DNA from: Vicugna vicugna
Taxonomy: Eukaryota
Assembly (NCBI GenBank): GCA_013265495.1
Contig: MU057640.1
Location: 186,001 to 250,000, forward strand
Direction: 5' to 3'
DNA: 64,000 nucleotides
The position numbers were made by a program, and so were the translations under genes. Below, piece by piece: positions 40,660-53,801 of the stretch. Position 1 is the stretch's first letter. The number at the start of each line of letters is the position of its first letter. The notes under the pieces are model-generated. The model had not been told where the DNA came from, did no database searches, and saw only the letters and a program-made list of their open reading frames with translations.

Positions 40660-40900
40660 AGGTCAGGTTAGCAGTTAAGCAAGCCAGATCTCTAACTACA
40701 CTACCTGAGTTCAAATCCCACTTTTACCTCCTACTAGTTACATGTCCTTGGTTGGGTTATTTATCACAATGAGCCTCAGTTCTCTTATCTGTGAAATGGA
40801 GGATATAATAGTTGTATCATACTGGTTCTACAGTAGGAATTAAAAGAGTTAACATATACAAAGAGCCTTCAAGAGAGCTTAGGACCTGAGTGATCAGTAA
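40660..40900 (+). mobile_element. MIR SINE
   Basis: CCTGAGTTCAAATCCCAC...ACTAGTT...CCTTGG...GAGCCTCAGTTCTCTTATCTGTGAAATGGAGGATATAATAGT core. Confidence 0.75.
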
Positions 40901-43233
40901 GTACCTAAAAGAAGTCAGAAAATGATTTTGAGAAATTTCCCAATGATGACAAATAAAGAACTTTAAATAAGACTTTTATGAGCCAGACTAAACTGGCAGT
41001 TCAAGAGAGAGCTATGCTGCAATACTAATTAATGTGGAAATCATACCCTGGAAATACAGATACAGGGACAAAACTGCAACCAAAACTCATTAATTTATGT
41101 AAAATGAAGAAAGGTACAGTTTGAAAAAAATGTCAGATTTTTGATACGAGCAAAATACTTTTCGAGCTAAAAATTCAACCTCATTTCTTCAAGAAATATT
41201 TAGAGGATCCATGAGCTATTTCCAGAACCAGCTGACACTAGCTCAACTGGTTTCCTCCCACTCTGATCAACAATGGGCCAGAAAATAATCAAAAACAATA
41301 CAAGTGATTAAGCAGTAGAGTCTAATTAAACTCCAAATACCAAAGTATTTCAACAGATCAAAATGGATTAACTCTGACATATGGTCTTCACCAACAATGA
41401 CTGTATCTCTGCCAAGGCCAAATCCCAGAACACTGATTTCTTTTTTTTTTTAATTCCTTAATCAGGCCTAACTATGAAATCCTCTCTTTACCCCAAGGAT
41501 AACTTTTTAAAGAGGCTGGAAAGTCACGGAAGTTAAGATTCTGTCCCCAAGGACTGAGATCCATTCACATTTCTCCTTTCATCTGAGGCTCAGCATTATA
41601 GAGTGAAACTTTTCAAAGTAGTCTTGTTAGAGATTTGGCTTACTTAGGAGTTTTAAACACCTGCACTGGGCTGGTTAGGCAGCAGAAAACTAATGTTGTC
41701 TGGCTTAGACATCATATAGTACCTGGACACAAAATATCCTGACCTTAAAGCTCCTTTTGGTTAGGCACCCCACTACGCCACTCCCTGAAGACTTTGACTG
41801 CAGCTCAAAATGCAAATTTCTCCAGTCATCTACCACCTTATCTCATGCTTGATGTTTCTCTTTCCTCCCTGACTCATCTTCCATTGCTGTCTTCCCACTC
41901 TGTCCGTTGGACCCTATTCAACTTTATACTAACCATCCTCAGCTTCTTTAATTAGACTTTTTATCTCCTTACCTTAATTGAAAACCTAGTATGTCCCCTA
42001 AAGACCCTGATACTCGTGAGGAAGTTTGTCACTTTCAAATCCTTAGTCTCCACAGGAGAGGGAAAGCTGCTGGATCTTTACTGTCTCCTTGTAAACATTA
42101 TTTCCACTGAGGTTCATGAGATCTCATTACACCATCTTTTCATTCCAACAGCAGCTGTCTAGCAAATACCATTTTTCATCCACATTAAATTAGTGCTCTT
42201 GCAGCTGATTCTCATATTTCTCTCCAATCCCAGTCGCAACACGCAGGAATTTCAATTTCTTTGTGTTATGACCTGGCTTAAAGTTTATTAACATTCTAAA
42301 CAATTATCAGCTCTGCCCCAGAAACTCTCTCCCACCACCATCCTTTGCATCTTGCCATCATCTGGACTGATCCATCTCTTGTATTCTTAAACATTCTACT
42401 CTCTAACTACAACTCTCCTTCCAGTTATTTCACTCACACACATCTCCCACAGCCTTCACTGGAACCACCAAGTCCTTGATGCACTCAAACTACCAGCTCT
42501 ATTCTGGTATTACTCCCTTCTCTTCCTAGACTGGAGTTCATACTTCATTCAATATCCTCTTATCTTTACCATCAATTCTCCTCCTCCTTTCTTTTCTCAC
42601 AAAAATCAATGCAACCACTATTCTAATATCCAAATTAAATGCAACTGGGGATTTGATGTTTAACCACTGCCAACCCAAAAGACACCTGTCCAAGTGACAA
42701 GAGTTATACAATCTTCAGGTCTCAGTTGAGATGGCAATTCCTGTGATGATTGCCCTAACTGCCCTCAACACCATCAGATGCTCTATCCCCTCTGACCTCA
42801 TTATCTTTTTTGCATAACCCCATTATATCAAGTATATTACAGTATCAACATTGATACACCCGTCTCCCTGCTAATTCTTTAAAAGCAGATATTCCACCTT
42901 TTTATGCTTCTAGCACACTGTTCTACCCAGTAAGCACTTAATAAATGCTCTATAAATGTATGAATTTATTCATACAGGATTTATATTTATATACACAAAA
43001 ACCAAAGGGAAGGGAAGAGAGAGACTGATAAAAAAGAAAATTCTAGCTTTACTCTTGTCTAATGATATCTTGTGTGAATGCCTTTAAACCTCTTTTAAAG
43101 CATATTCAAATTTAAATTCAGGCCTATAAAGATTCTGGACCAACATGGGTAGAAAATCAATCAAATTCAGAGAAGTTAGTGTGTTCCCAATGATATTAAT
43201 TAAAATATTAATAACAGTAAATTTCTAACTTAC

Positions 43234-43281
43234 CATGGCAACATCATCTAAAATGCTCTGAGGTGAACTATGAGCCATAAC
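43234..43281 (-). CDS. RBM25: RBM25 coding exon (48 nt, PWI)
   Basis: tag|GTT ATG...GCC ATG|gtaagt; VMAHSSPQSILDDVAM. Confidence 0.95.
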
Positions 43282-44374
43282 CTAAAAGAAAAAAATTATG
43301 TCATTTTTGAAAACAAACAAAACATTAGCATACAGTCAAAACAAATTTAAGGTTCCCTCAAACTAGTATGAGAATTTGTGGCAGAAGAACCTTTCTATAA
43401 AATTCTTAATTCCCAGAATCCCTTTCCTTTCAAGAGAAGTTTGACACAAAAGCCTAGAATCTTAGCCACTATATTTATTATGTCTTCTAATCCAAATCTA
43501 GATTTACTAATGAGTTTTAATGCTATAAAAATTACAATGGAAAGGGCCACTTAAATTTGCCATTCCTAATCCTCATTCCTACTTAACAGTGCTGGTAGAA
43601 AAACAGCATTTCCTTAAAACACAGTTAGTTATTCCTTTATAGAAAAATAACTTTCTTTAATTTTCTTATTAAAGATATGATAAAGTCTTTGCCTTCAGGG
43701 GACAATGAAAGGATGTGGTAATCCTTGGTGGTTAAGAGTATGAGTTTTACAGGCTTGGCTCTGCCACTTATAATGTAACCATGATCAAGACACAACCTCT
43801 CCCTAAGCTTTAACTTCTTCAGGTATAGAATGTATAGAATGGGGACACTGTTAGTAACTTACAACTTCCTAAGATTATTGGGAGGTTTAAAGAAGATGAA
43901 GTTCTATAAAATGTTTAACACAGTTACCTACCAAGAACAAAGCGTGGCACACAGTCATCAATCAGTTAACACTACTATCATGCTATAAAGAGCACTATTT
44001 TGCTTTTCTTCCAAAGGATGCACGACTGACAAAGGAATTGAGACAAGCTACTGGCTGTCTCCACAAAACCTCCTCAACTGTACTTCAGCAATGTTTTAAC
44101 CATTAAGACAAGAAGAGGGTGGTGAAGCATTCTCAGGAGCAGGGAGAGAGCAAAATTGGCAATAGTCAGCAATTGTCTTCCTTAACCTCAGAAATGAAAG
44201 CATGAAGCAAGGGGTCTGAAATAGTGTGAAGGGGCTCACATAAGTAGCCATAAAATCTATTAAATGAAACTGAATTATCACGGACTTGGTTCTACAAAAT
44301 TGTTCAATTTAGAAACTGTCTAATATTTTAAAGTATACAGCAAATGTTGAGGGTGGAGAGAGTAAAAGACTAAC

Positions 44375-44473
44375 CTTAGAACAAACAAAATCAACTAATG
44401 TAGCTTCCTCTTCACCTATGTATTCTATGATTTTTTTATTAATCCATGGTCTAATTCGTCGTTCCATCAATAT
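44375..44473 (-). CDS. RBM25: RBM25 coding exon (99 nt, PWI motif)
   Basis: cag|ATA TTG...TCT AAG|gttagt; ILMERRIRPWINKKIIEYIGEEEATLVDFVCSK. Confidence 0.97.
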
Positions 44474-44813
44474 CTGCAAAATAAAAACATGGTTATTGAA
44501 TTGAAAAGCTTTTTATTATATTTACTAAAAAAAACCTATATAACCTCATAGTTTTTCTTAAGGCTGAAATACAACACGATCATTCAAAGTTGAACTGATA
44601 CAGGTGTGTATCAAGATACGAGTATTTGCTTCTAATTTATGGAGACTTCAAGCGGCACTAAGAATTTCCACAATAATCTATTGCTATTGGCCGTGTCAAG
44701 ATTCTACCCAATGGTATCATCCTACTTGTCATTAGTAGAATCAACTAAGTTTGTATGCTTTATTAAAAACCAAAACCTCACAATAAAATGATTAAATACA
44801 ATTTGCTACTCAC

Positions 44814-45088
44814 AGAATCCACAATAGACCAATCCAGGGGATATGCAAAGAGCTCAGGTTTGGCTGTAGGGATTTTTTCAATTAGACTCTTAATGTGTTT
44901 GCGCTTTTCTTCAGTGTTTACAGTGCCTTTGGCAGCATTTTTATCATCTTCACCATAATCCAAGGGAACTAGTTTCCTTTTTCGGGGTACATCATCACTG
45001 TCTTCATCCTCAAATTTGTTAAAGACACTATCTACAGGGAGTTTCTTTCTCTTCACAGAATTAGGTTGACCAGGACTATTGGAAGCAC
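44814..45088 (-). CDS. RBM25: RBM25 coding exon (275 nt)
   Basis: tag|GT GCT TCC...GAT TCT|gtgagt; ASNSPGQPNSVKRKKLPVDSVFNKFEDEDSDDVPRKRKLVPLDYGED...FAYPLDWSIVDS. Confidence 0.97.
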
Positions 45089-45452
45089 CTACAGTAAAAA
45101 TACTACATTAGCATGATGACTTAATTTTCAAATGATACAGTTTACAACCCACCATCCCTCAAAAGCAGTATAAAATGTACCTCCACGAATCTCAGAGAAA
45201 GATCCCAACTTAAAAAGTAACTCACTACTCACAAGTGCTAGAAAATTTAACTTTTCACTTCTCAAAACTCGAGGCAGCTGCACATATAGGAGCACTGGTA
45301 GAACTATGAAAACAATCATGAGCTAAAAAGGCATTTCTGAATAATCTTCTATCTACCTACCAAGCAGCACATATTTACTTTTTACCTTGAGGCAAAATTG
45401 AGGTATTTGCAGGGGGAGAAGTAGAGAAAAAAGGAAGGAGATGCTAACATAC

Positions 45453-45777
45453 CCAGTTTAAGACTTAGTCCTATTTTTGGCCTATGCTCCTCAGGTTGTT
45501 GCTGATCTGGTGAGTTTTCGTGAGGAATAATAATACCACAGGGAGACTCATCCCCGGGAGTGTTGGGAGTTGCGTTGCCACTGGCAGAGGAAACTGATGG
45601 GGCAGAACTGATGGGCCTCAGGGTAGGCTTGAGACAGGGCTTTTGCTCTGGCTCTTCTTCCTCTTCCATGGGTTCCTCTCGTTTTTCTTCTTTTTCTTGT
45701 TTTTCTTCTTCTTCTTCCTCCGATTCTGGTTCTTGCTTTATTTGTGGTTGTCTGCGCCTCTCAGCCTCTTGTTCCAT
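45453..45777 (-). CDS. RBM25: RBM25 coding exon (325 nt)
   Basis: tag|ATG GAA CAA...AAA CTG G|gtatgt; MEQEAERRRQPQIKQEPESEEEEE...RPKIGLSLKL. Confidence 0.97.
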
Positions 45778-46139
45778 CTAAAATCAAAAAAAAAAAATCT
45801 GATTGACTGAAACAGACCACAACTATATTCAGTTCAACCAATACTCTGTTTTACAGTATCTTTCACAAAATCTCTATTTTTCTTTTTCACCAGGAACAAC
45901 AAAACACTGCTTTACTTCTATGATCAGAAAGCCAAGTAAATCTATAGAATCACATTAGGTACTCCGCAAAATGTTTTTTTTTTAGTATTTCACATATATT
46001 TACCACTCCTCAGGAGCTTTTATACACTCTTCAGAGATAACAAGAGTAAATGCTAATAGTTGGCTAATTTAAAATGAAAAAGTATGTTCTTATACTTTTA
46101 TTAAAGAAATCACAACTAGAAACTTCATTTTATGGAAGT

Positions 46140-46276
46140 TTTTTGTTTTGGGGTTTTTTTGGGAGGAGAGGTAATTAGGATTATTTATTTAGTTCTTTAA
46201 TGGAGGTACTGGGGATTGAACCCAGAACCTCATGGATAATAAGCATCTGCTCTAACCACTGAGCTTAACCTCCCCT
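46140..46276 (-). mobile_element. tRNA-derived SINE (Vic-1 type)
   Basis: GGGGAGGTTAAGCTCAGTGGTTAGAGC...GGTTCTGGGTTCAATCCCCAGTACCTCC head plus TAATTACCTC tail on the minus strand. Confidence 0.82.
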
Positions 46277-46610
46277 CTAGAAACTTTATTTCAGAACAGT
46301 ACTGACACTACGTAAGAAGCAACACAAATCCTCAACTTGGTCATTATATAATCATTTTTTCCTTCTAAATAATGGTATGGAGACAGATGGTTACTAGACT
46401 TATCATGATGATCAACTTATAATGTCCATCAATGTCCAATCACTACACTGTACACCTAAAACTAACATGTCAACTATACCTCAATGAAAATATAAAAAGG
46501 AAAAAATAAGCACATTAGAAAATAGCATGTAAATGATATTTGTATTTAGAAAATGTTGAGTGAGTGGAGTATATGTATATGTGTGTGACCTTTTAAAAAT
46601 AACCACACAT

Positions 46611-48893
46611 CTACTTTTTTTTTTCTTCCCCTTTTTTTTTTCTTTTTTTCTTTCTTTCAAAGTTGACGTGACAGCTTACTGAAGAGTACTGCGGTTTTTT
46701 GCTCCATGTTTGTTCGAATCTTTATCTGACATCGCAGCTTTTGTTAGATCTGGGCAATTTGTGCTTCAGTGTTTTTGAAACAATGGCTTGATATCATTTC
46801 TAAATGTATGTATTATAACCAATTATGTTTAGTTTGGTGCTTACCTACAGAGTGCAATCATTCAGATGAATCTCTTACTTCTGTTGCCCATTCTGTTGTT
46901 CAGGTCTGTAACATTGGCAAACTATCTACTTAAAGCTTCAGAGTGGAATGAAAGCAAAAGTCTAAAATTACCTGGTTCTAATTCTCATTAGCTAGAATTT
47001 CATTATTTCAACATTGGATGTTCTTTGTAACAACCAGTTGTTTCTTTTACTTGAAAAAATATGTATTTGCTTAATTGATTTTTCTGGATCTCAATTCAAA
47101 TGAATGGAAAGAATTTCTGCAGTATATCATTAAATGACTTACTTAGTATTACTGGTTAAAAAAAAATCAAGCTAATTAAGATTTTTAGATCACAGCTTTG
47201 AAGTTTATGAAAAATTAAGCAATCATTCAGCTCCTAGCCAGTTTTTTAAAAAATATTATTTTGTTGGTTGTACCTGGGATTCCTATAAAGTTTTCCTCAT
47301 AAAAATTTGAATTCCTGGTTTGATATGTATACTTTGACTGTCAACTGAGAGTAGACTGAGTTTTCCCTTTTAAGGATTAAATCTAAAAATGTCCATCCTC
47401 TAGCAGCTATAAGCTTTGGTCACATTTTGAAGGTAAATATACTCTGGCTGTTCTTAATTCAATTGGATCTTTTGAGGTAGAGTAGTAAAAGTAAGATGTG
47501 TGTTTGTTGCTTTCAGAGTTGAACACTTGCTTAGGTTTATTTAGAACCTATTTATGAGCAGATTTTCACTGACAGGTTTTTGTTTCTTGTTTCTTTAATT
47601 TTAAATCCACTTTCTTCAGAGTCAAATTGCTCACTATGCAGGTGCAGCTTGAACTGCAGTTTAGGTCCATATAGGAACCATTCACCTGTGGTAACAGAAC
47701 TGGGAAATCCTCTTGAGAAGAGGGCCTTAGTGATCTTTTTTGTGAGAAAATTGTTGGAGGGAATTCCTGGACATTTTTTTTGTGACAGGAGTTAGGTATG
47801 AGAACAAGAAGAGAGCTGACTCTGTTAACATGCTGGTTGTAGCGATGGTTGTAGTGATGTGCCCAAAGGGAGAAAGGATTTCATGTAACCACGGTGAACT
47901 GTCAAGCCTAATGAGGAGTTTATATGTACGGTGTAAACAGAGTTGGAACATAAAAGTCCTACAGTGTTCTTTAGCTGTTTAGCAATTGTTTGTGTGAGTG
48001 TTTTCTTAAAAGAAAATAACAGCTGCTATCTTTGGTAACACAGATGAAGGTGGATTTTTAAAAGGCTTTGTACCTTGACCCCTTTCTACTTAATGGAGTT
48101 AAGTCTGAATTGCTCTGTATAATTTACAGAATGAAGATAGTGGGGATAAAATTTGACTAAACACCTTTTTATAGTTTCATCTTTTAAGTTATATTTAGAA
48201 TATATTGATTATAAATTGATTATACACTTGCTTTTTTCTGAAAATTTTTTTGATGTTTTACTCAGTTACATGGGTACGAAGGATATTTTCAGTCCTACAA
48301 TCCTCACTTAATTGCAGCCTTTAAAAAAATCCACCCTACTGTTCTACTTGTTGTCTATTCATATGGTAAATTCATTTCAAGGTGTGTGTCAGTGGGTATT
48401 ATTGGTGCTTTTTGAAGTCAAGGTGAACTTGTTAACATTACGTTCATCTATAATGGCATAGGGGAAATATCTATCTTTTTAACATTGTAAACATTTGTAC
48501 TGAATGACCTCCCCCCCGCCCCGCAAGCAAAACTGGTGAACAACGGATGAAGATATGGAATTCAAAGCTCTAATGGACCTTTTTGAAGAGAAGTTATAGC
48601 TTATGTAGAGTTTACACGTGCCTCTTGATGGAAGAAAGCTAATCTGTTTAGTATTTGGGCATTTTACTAAAATGGGAGCTTAAAGTTGCGAATCTGCTAT
48701 TGTGATGCCAATGCTGGTGTTTTAAGTGGAAAAAAATGACCTTGCTTTGTGTTGTGTACACAAGATTTCTGAAAAGTAAAGAAAATCCCTTTTTATGGCT
48801 CACATAGCTTAAAAGTAGCTGTCACTCAAATGTGTGCTTACAGTTGAGCTGCTTTTGTTTTATTCTAAATAAATAGTTTCTTTTGAGGGAAAA
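46611..48893 (+). pseudogene. Processed retrocopy of a cellular mRNA 3' end (3' UTR-like, 5'-truncated), antisense to RBM25
   Basis: 16-bp TSD AAAAATAACCACACAT at 46595-46610 and 48894-48909; TTTT/AAAA L1 endonuclease site; AATAAA at 48868-48873 about 16 nt before an A-run; no long ORF and no TE-like motifs; strand composition (T/G-rich on +) flips relative to the flanks. Confidence 0.85.
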
Positions 48894-49581
48894 AAAAATA
48901 ACCACACATTTATAATGATTATAAATGGCTGATAAGAAATGTCTTCATTACTGTGTTCTATGTCGTGTGAACTTTCTATTTACTCATGTAAGTACTGAAT
49001 GAATAGAAAAAAAAAACTTTCACTTTGAAAAATAAAAGGGTCATGGAAGATGTGGTTTCTGTCAACAGCATATAAGAGTTTTTAAAGTTGATACAAAGAA
49101 TTATAGTATTAGAGTCATGATATATTAAGAATTATTCTAACATGATTTCTAAAAAGCAAGAATACATGGGCGCCATGTCCTATGGCACTCTTCCTTTTTA
49201 AATGACAAACAAAAATATCTTTTGGAAACAAAATTTTTAGGCTGGCAGTGAGAGAACTCAAACTACAAGAGTCATTAAATATCAGAGCATATACATGTAG
49301 GAAGGACAGGTCTCTAGCAATGTTACATTAAAAGATATTCATTTAACAAGAAATAAAGGAGTTAAGACATGAAAGATGTTTAAAACAGTTAAAGTTATAA
49401 ATCAACTAATATTGATGACATACCCAATAAAGAAAAAGTACTAATATTCTCCCTCAAAACATGAAAGAGCATGGAGTATACAGTGCACTTCCCTTATAAA
49501 CTAAACTACACCATAGTTGGCTTGCTTAAGATGACACAGTATTCTCAGAAGACTATTGTTATGGACGTTACAGTATCTTAC

Positions 49582-49732
49582 CCTCTGGAGCTCTGCATCT
49601 GGATCCGGGTGCCCTTCTGCCAGAAGGCGCTGCCTGATTTCCTCCAGCTCTTCCTTCTCTCTTTTCCTATCCCGTTCATCTGCTTCCATTTCCTTTTCCC
49701 TATCACGTAATCTTTTCTGAAGAGCGCTTCCT
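49582..49732 (-). CDS. RBM25: RBM25 coding exon (151 nt)
   Basis: tag|A GGA AGC...CAG AGG|gtaaga; GSALQKRLRDREKEMEADERDRKREKEELEEIRQRLLAEGHPDPDAELQR. Confidence 0.97.
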
Positions 49733-50955
49733 CTACAAAAGTAAATCATAACAGGCCTTATTTGATACTCAGACCATCAGCTATTACATATGATGTCTCC
49801 AAAAGCAAATCATTTCCATACTAAAAGCTTCATGCTTAGAGACTAAAGACCGTCTTACAAATGTTCTGTGTCTACAGAACACCAATACAGTGTGCTCTCT
49901 ACATGTTAGTGTTTAATAAGTAAGCACTGTCTTGTCATTTATCACCATGCCTCATTCTAAGTCATTCTAAGTGTCTAAAATAAGTAGAAAAGAAGCTTTC
50001 AGAGCAAAGAAGAGCACTCATTTTATACCTATTCTAACTCTAACACATAATTTGTGTTTTCTTGGATGCCAATTTGTAAAAAAATTAATACATGGAGTAA
50101 TAACACCCCTAATAATAGTTTCTATCTCCAACTTAAATAAACTCCTTTCCTTGGGGTGGGGGGCGGGAATCAAAGAAGGAAGTAGGGAATAATCAACAAA
50201 AAGCAGAGATTCTACCCAGCACTTTATTATATCTCAGAATGTTGAAATTATGTACTGTTATTTTGTGATTCAATAATTAATTTTACTCATCTTTTTACTT
50301 TTTCTACAAAGTCAAATCCTTGGCATTCTTTCAATTTAAGTTGCTAATTCAATGTTTTAATTATTTTGGCTACAGTGTGTTAAAGTATATACATTAAATG
50401 CACTCACTACATGCCTGGATCACGTAAGGCACATGAGAGATTTAAAAAAATCAAAATACTGTGCATAACCTGAGGGAAATTAGAGTTTAGAGTGGAGGCA
50501 GCGTAACAAAACCACAGTGCAGTAAGTACTAAAAGAATGAGAGTAGTTCAGAAACGTCATGGGGGAAAAAAAAGGATGAGGGAAGGCAGGCTTCCCAACT
50601 CTCACTTCATAGTAGTCCATCAGTTGGGTTGGGGACGGGTAGGAGGGTGTTCAGAGTGCTATGTAGTACTCCTGAAACCCTTTAAGACAAAATTTTCCAG
50701 ACCACGGTAGATAGTCATAAAGATTAGCTGTAACACTATTATGGGCCTTCCCCCAAAGGAGCAGCATAGAACTGTTTTCCAACAGCTACACCCGGCCCCC
50801 ATCGCACTATCATCTATGGGGATAATTACAAGGTGGAATTTGAGGATTTCTTTCTTTCTTATTCCACTGAGTGAACTTGCACTCTCTTGTAGACAAGAGA
50901 AAGTACAGCTAATAAAAAGCCGAATGTATGAGTTCATAAAGCAAGGTTTCTTTAC

Positions 50956-51029
50956 CTGTAATACTTGGGATCATCTCTATCATCATCATAATCTTCTAAG
51001 AATTCTTTTAGTCGTTTAGCTTCTTTTGC
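50956..51029 (-). CDS. RBM25: RBM25 coding exon (74 nt)
   Basis: aag|GCA AAA...TAT TAC AG|gtaaag; AKEAKRLKEFLEDYDDDRDDPKYY(R). Confidence 0.95.
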
Positions 51030-53236
51030 CTTTGAGGAAATGAAGGACAAAGTGTGCAAAATTAACATAAAAGTGATTACATTACCCCCACCCCCTTTCC
51101 TGGGAACAGATTTTTCTTATCCATACTACTTGAACTTTGTAATTCTCATAAACTTCAGATATTAAAGTGTAAATAACATTAGATTCCTTTTTTAATCTTT
51201 ACCCTTATAACAAGTCAGACTTAGGACTTATTTGTGAAATGAAAACCACATATAGTATGCTAAAATAAATTTCCTCTCTGAATATAATTTTCAAAGTGTA
51301 GTATTTTCTAATGAAACCTGAGCACACCAAGAAATAACACTGAAAGTTTATTACTGACTCTGTTAACTGGACAAAAATATTTAACATCTCTTTTAAAGGT
51401 AGATGATAGTACAAGAACTAGTTTTTATGAAATCCAAGATTAGAAATTTAAATCACATTTATGCATTAATCTAAAGGAAATGCCTGCCTAACTTTGAGTA
51501 CACAAACCATGAAAGTACATGAATCTCTTTTCCTATTTTTGGAATTTTAAATACAACTATTATATTTAGTAGAAGTCATATCTAACCATTATACATAGAT
51601 ATAAAATATATAAAAATAACTATTTATAACCTACATCTCTATGTATTATATCAACAATTATTATACCTACAAAGATGTAGGTTTCTGACTGCGTAAAATT
51701 TTAACACATTTCATGCAATTCAAATGTTATCTCTCTGTAAAGAATTCCCCAATCTAACCATCTATCCATGACCAATTCCTTCCCCCAGACAAAATTAATC
51801 ATTTTCTCTGTACTCCCAAAATACTGTGAGTACACCATTATCATACCTTAAACACTGACATAACTACTTCATCTCTGACCATACTACTCACTTGCTTAAA
51901 CCTTTCAAGCATCAGTTATTCTTGTATACCCAGTACCTAGCACAAGGCTAGATTATAACATACACTCAAAATTTGTCAAATGAATTCAAGTGGATGGTCA
52001 GGTAGTGATGACAATATTCAGGAGGATCCATAAGGTACATATAAAATATTAACTTAAGTTACCACTCGTGAGGAGTAGCAACGTTAACTTTTTACATCAT
52101 ACACTTCTGTTGAACACTCTATAATAAGCAAGCAACTGCTTTTCTAACTAGATTTTTTTAAAGCTCCCCCCCAAAAAAATAATGGGAAATTTTCCTCTAG
52201 AAAGACAGGTTTCAGATTTGCTTATAGGAAGCAGAGTCACTTCAAATCTAGCAACACAATGTTGGTGTTGGGAAACATACCTTCAAATAATTATGTCTCT
52301 TACTATATTATTCTCTATTTTATAATCAAGAGTTGAAGAATAAATTCTAGAATGGGTGTTACAATCCAGGGAAATTAAAAATACGTTAAATAACTAAATG
52401 ACCTTAGAGGATCTACCATCTGGAAAACCCATACTATCTATCTAGTTGCTGCATGCACCCTTTTTGGTTACTTACAAAAATTCCCTCTATGTCTCATGTT
52501 CAAAAGCTATTTGAAGAAGATTCCTAACTTCAGTGAAGTTTTTGGAAGAATAATCTCCAAACTGGAGATAAAGAAACTTTCATGAAATTCTGGCAAAGAT
52601 AGAACACATGGAACATACTACTAAAGCAAACACTATGATAAAATAAATTATCTTTTTGTCATTTTACTTAGTTAACTTATTTAAACAACCTATGCCAACT
52701 GCTTCACTGTTACAGTTTATCAAACAGTATAAATGCAAATAATAAGATTCATTTTTATGACTATTATGTAGTTAAAAGGAAGGACAGTAGAGTAACATAA
52801 GGAAAAACAGTAATTCCTAAGTGTTATATATAGTAGACAGTAATTTTGATTTCTAAAAATAGGTTTCTTATGACTATTTCCTTCATCCAAATGTACTATA
52901 CCAACACAGAATGGTATCAAATCTTCAAGTTGAAAAATGTTGCAAATTCTTAATTGAGGAATGTTCTATAAATTCTCGTTTTTTATATATTACTCTATGA
53001 GAGATTTACTTTGACAGTATGTTGAAAGATAATTTAGTTTACAGGGAGTAAAAATGTGAAAAGTAGGAAGGAAACCCATTTTAGTGAACTGAAATTGTCT
53101 CAAGGTTACTTGAAATTAAAAATTAAATTATTTACACTGGGAGCTTATAATTATTATAAAGCTACTTCTAGTTAACAGTAAAGATTTGATCTGATTTTTA
53201 TCTGAAAAATTACTTATTTTTAACCTAATATATTAC

Positions 53237-53326
53237 CATTTCTCTTCTTCTTTCTTCTTCTCTTTCAGCCTCTTTCTCATATTCCCGGGTTTTCTTCCGT
53301 TCTCTGATTTCCCAATTCTTAAGGCG
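53237..53326 (-). CDS. RBM25: RBM25 coding exon (90 nt)
   Basis: tag|CGC CTT AAG...GAA ATG|gtaata; RLKNWEIRERKKTREYEKEAEREEERRREM. Confidence 0.96.
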
Positions 53327-53578
53327 CTAAAAAAGAAATTGTCAAAACTTTAAAAATGCATACAAAGGGCTTCCTTTCAGCGACTGTGCAGTCGAGGAGA
53401 TCCCAGTCAGGAAGAGGAAGTCAGATCTCATTGTCCTCCCAACCCTTTGACCCTCTACTGAAGCCCCAATACAGTGGCTTGATTCAAAAAAAAAAAAAAA
53501 GTATACAAAGGGCTCTGAAATTTTTTACTAACCTACTAAGTACTAAGAATTAAGAATAAAAGCATTCCCTCAATTTAC

Positions 53579-53801
53579 CTCTTGATAAGCAGCTTCTTTC
53601 TCTCGGAGCTTTCTTTCAAGTTTTCTCCGTTCATATGCATCTTCTTCATCTTCTTCTCGGTCCCGCTTCTTGTCTTTCTCTCTCTCTCGCTCCCGTTCCC
53701 TTTCTCGCTCTCTCTCTCGCTCTCGTTCTCTTTCTCGTTCCCGTTCTCTCTCTCGCTCTCTTTCCCTCTCCCGTTCCCTTTCACGATCTCTGCTCTTTTC
53801 T
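53579..53801 (-). CDS. RBM25: RBM25 coding exon (223 nt, RE-rich)
   Basis: tag|A GAA AAG AGC...CAA GAG|gtaaat; EKSRDRERERERE...EEDEEDAYERRKLERKLREKEAAYQE. Confidence 0.96.

Noticed and set aside
47580..47982. Short ORFs (66-74 aa) inside the retrocopy as residual coding sequence
   Set aside because: No recognisable protein similarity; lengths are within chance expectation.
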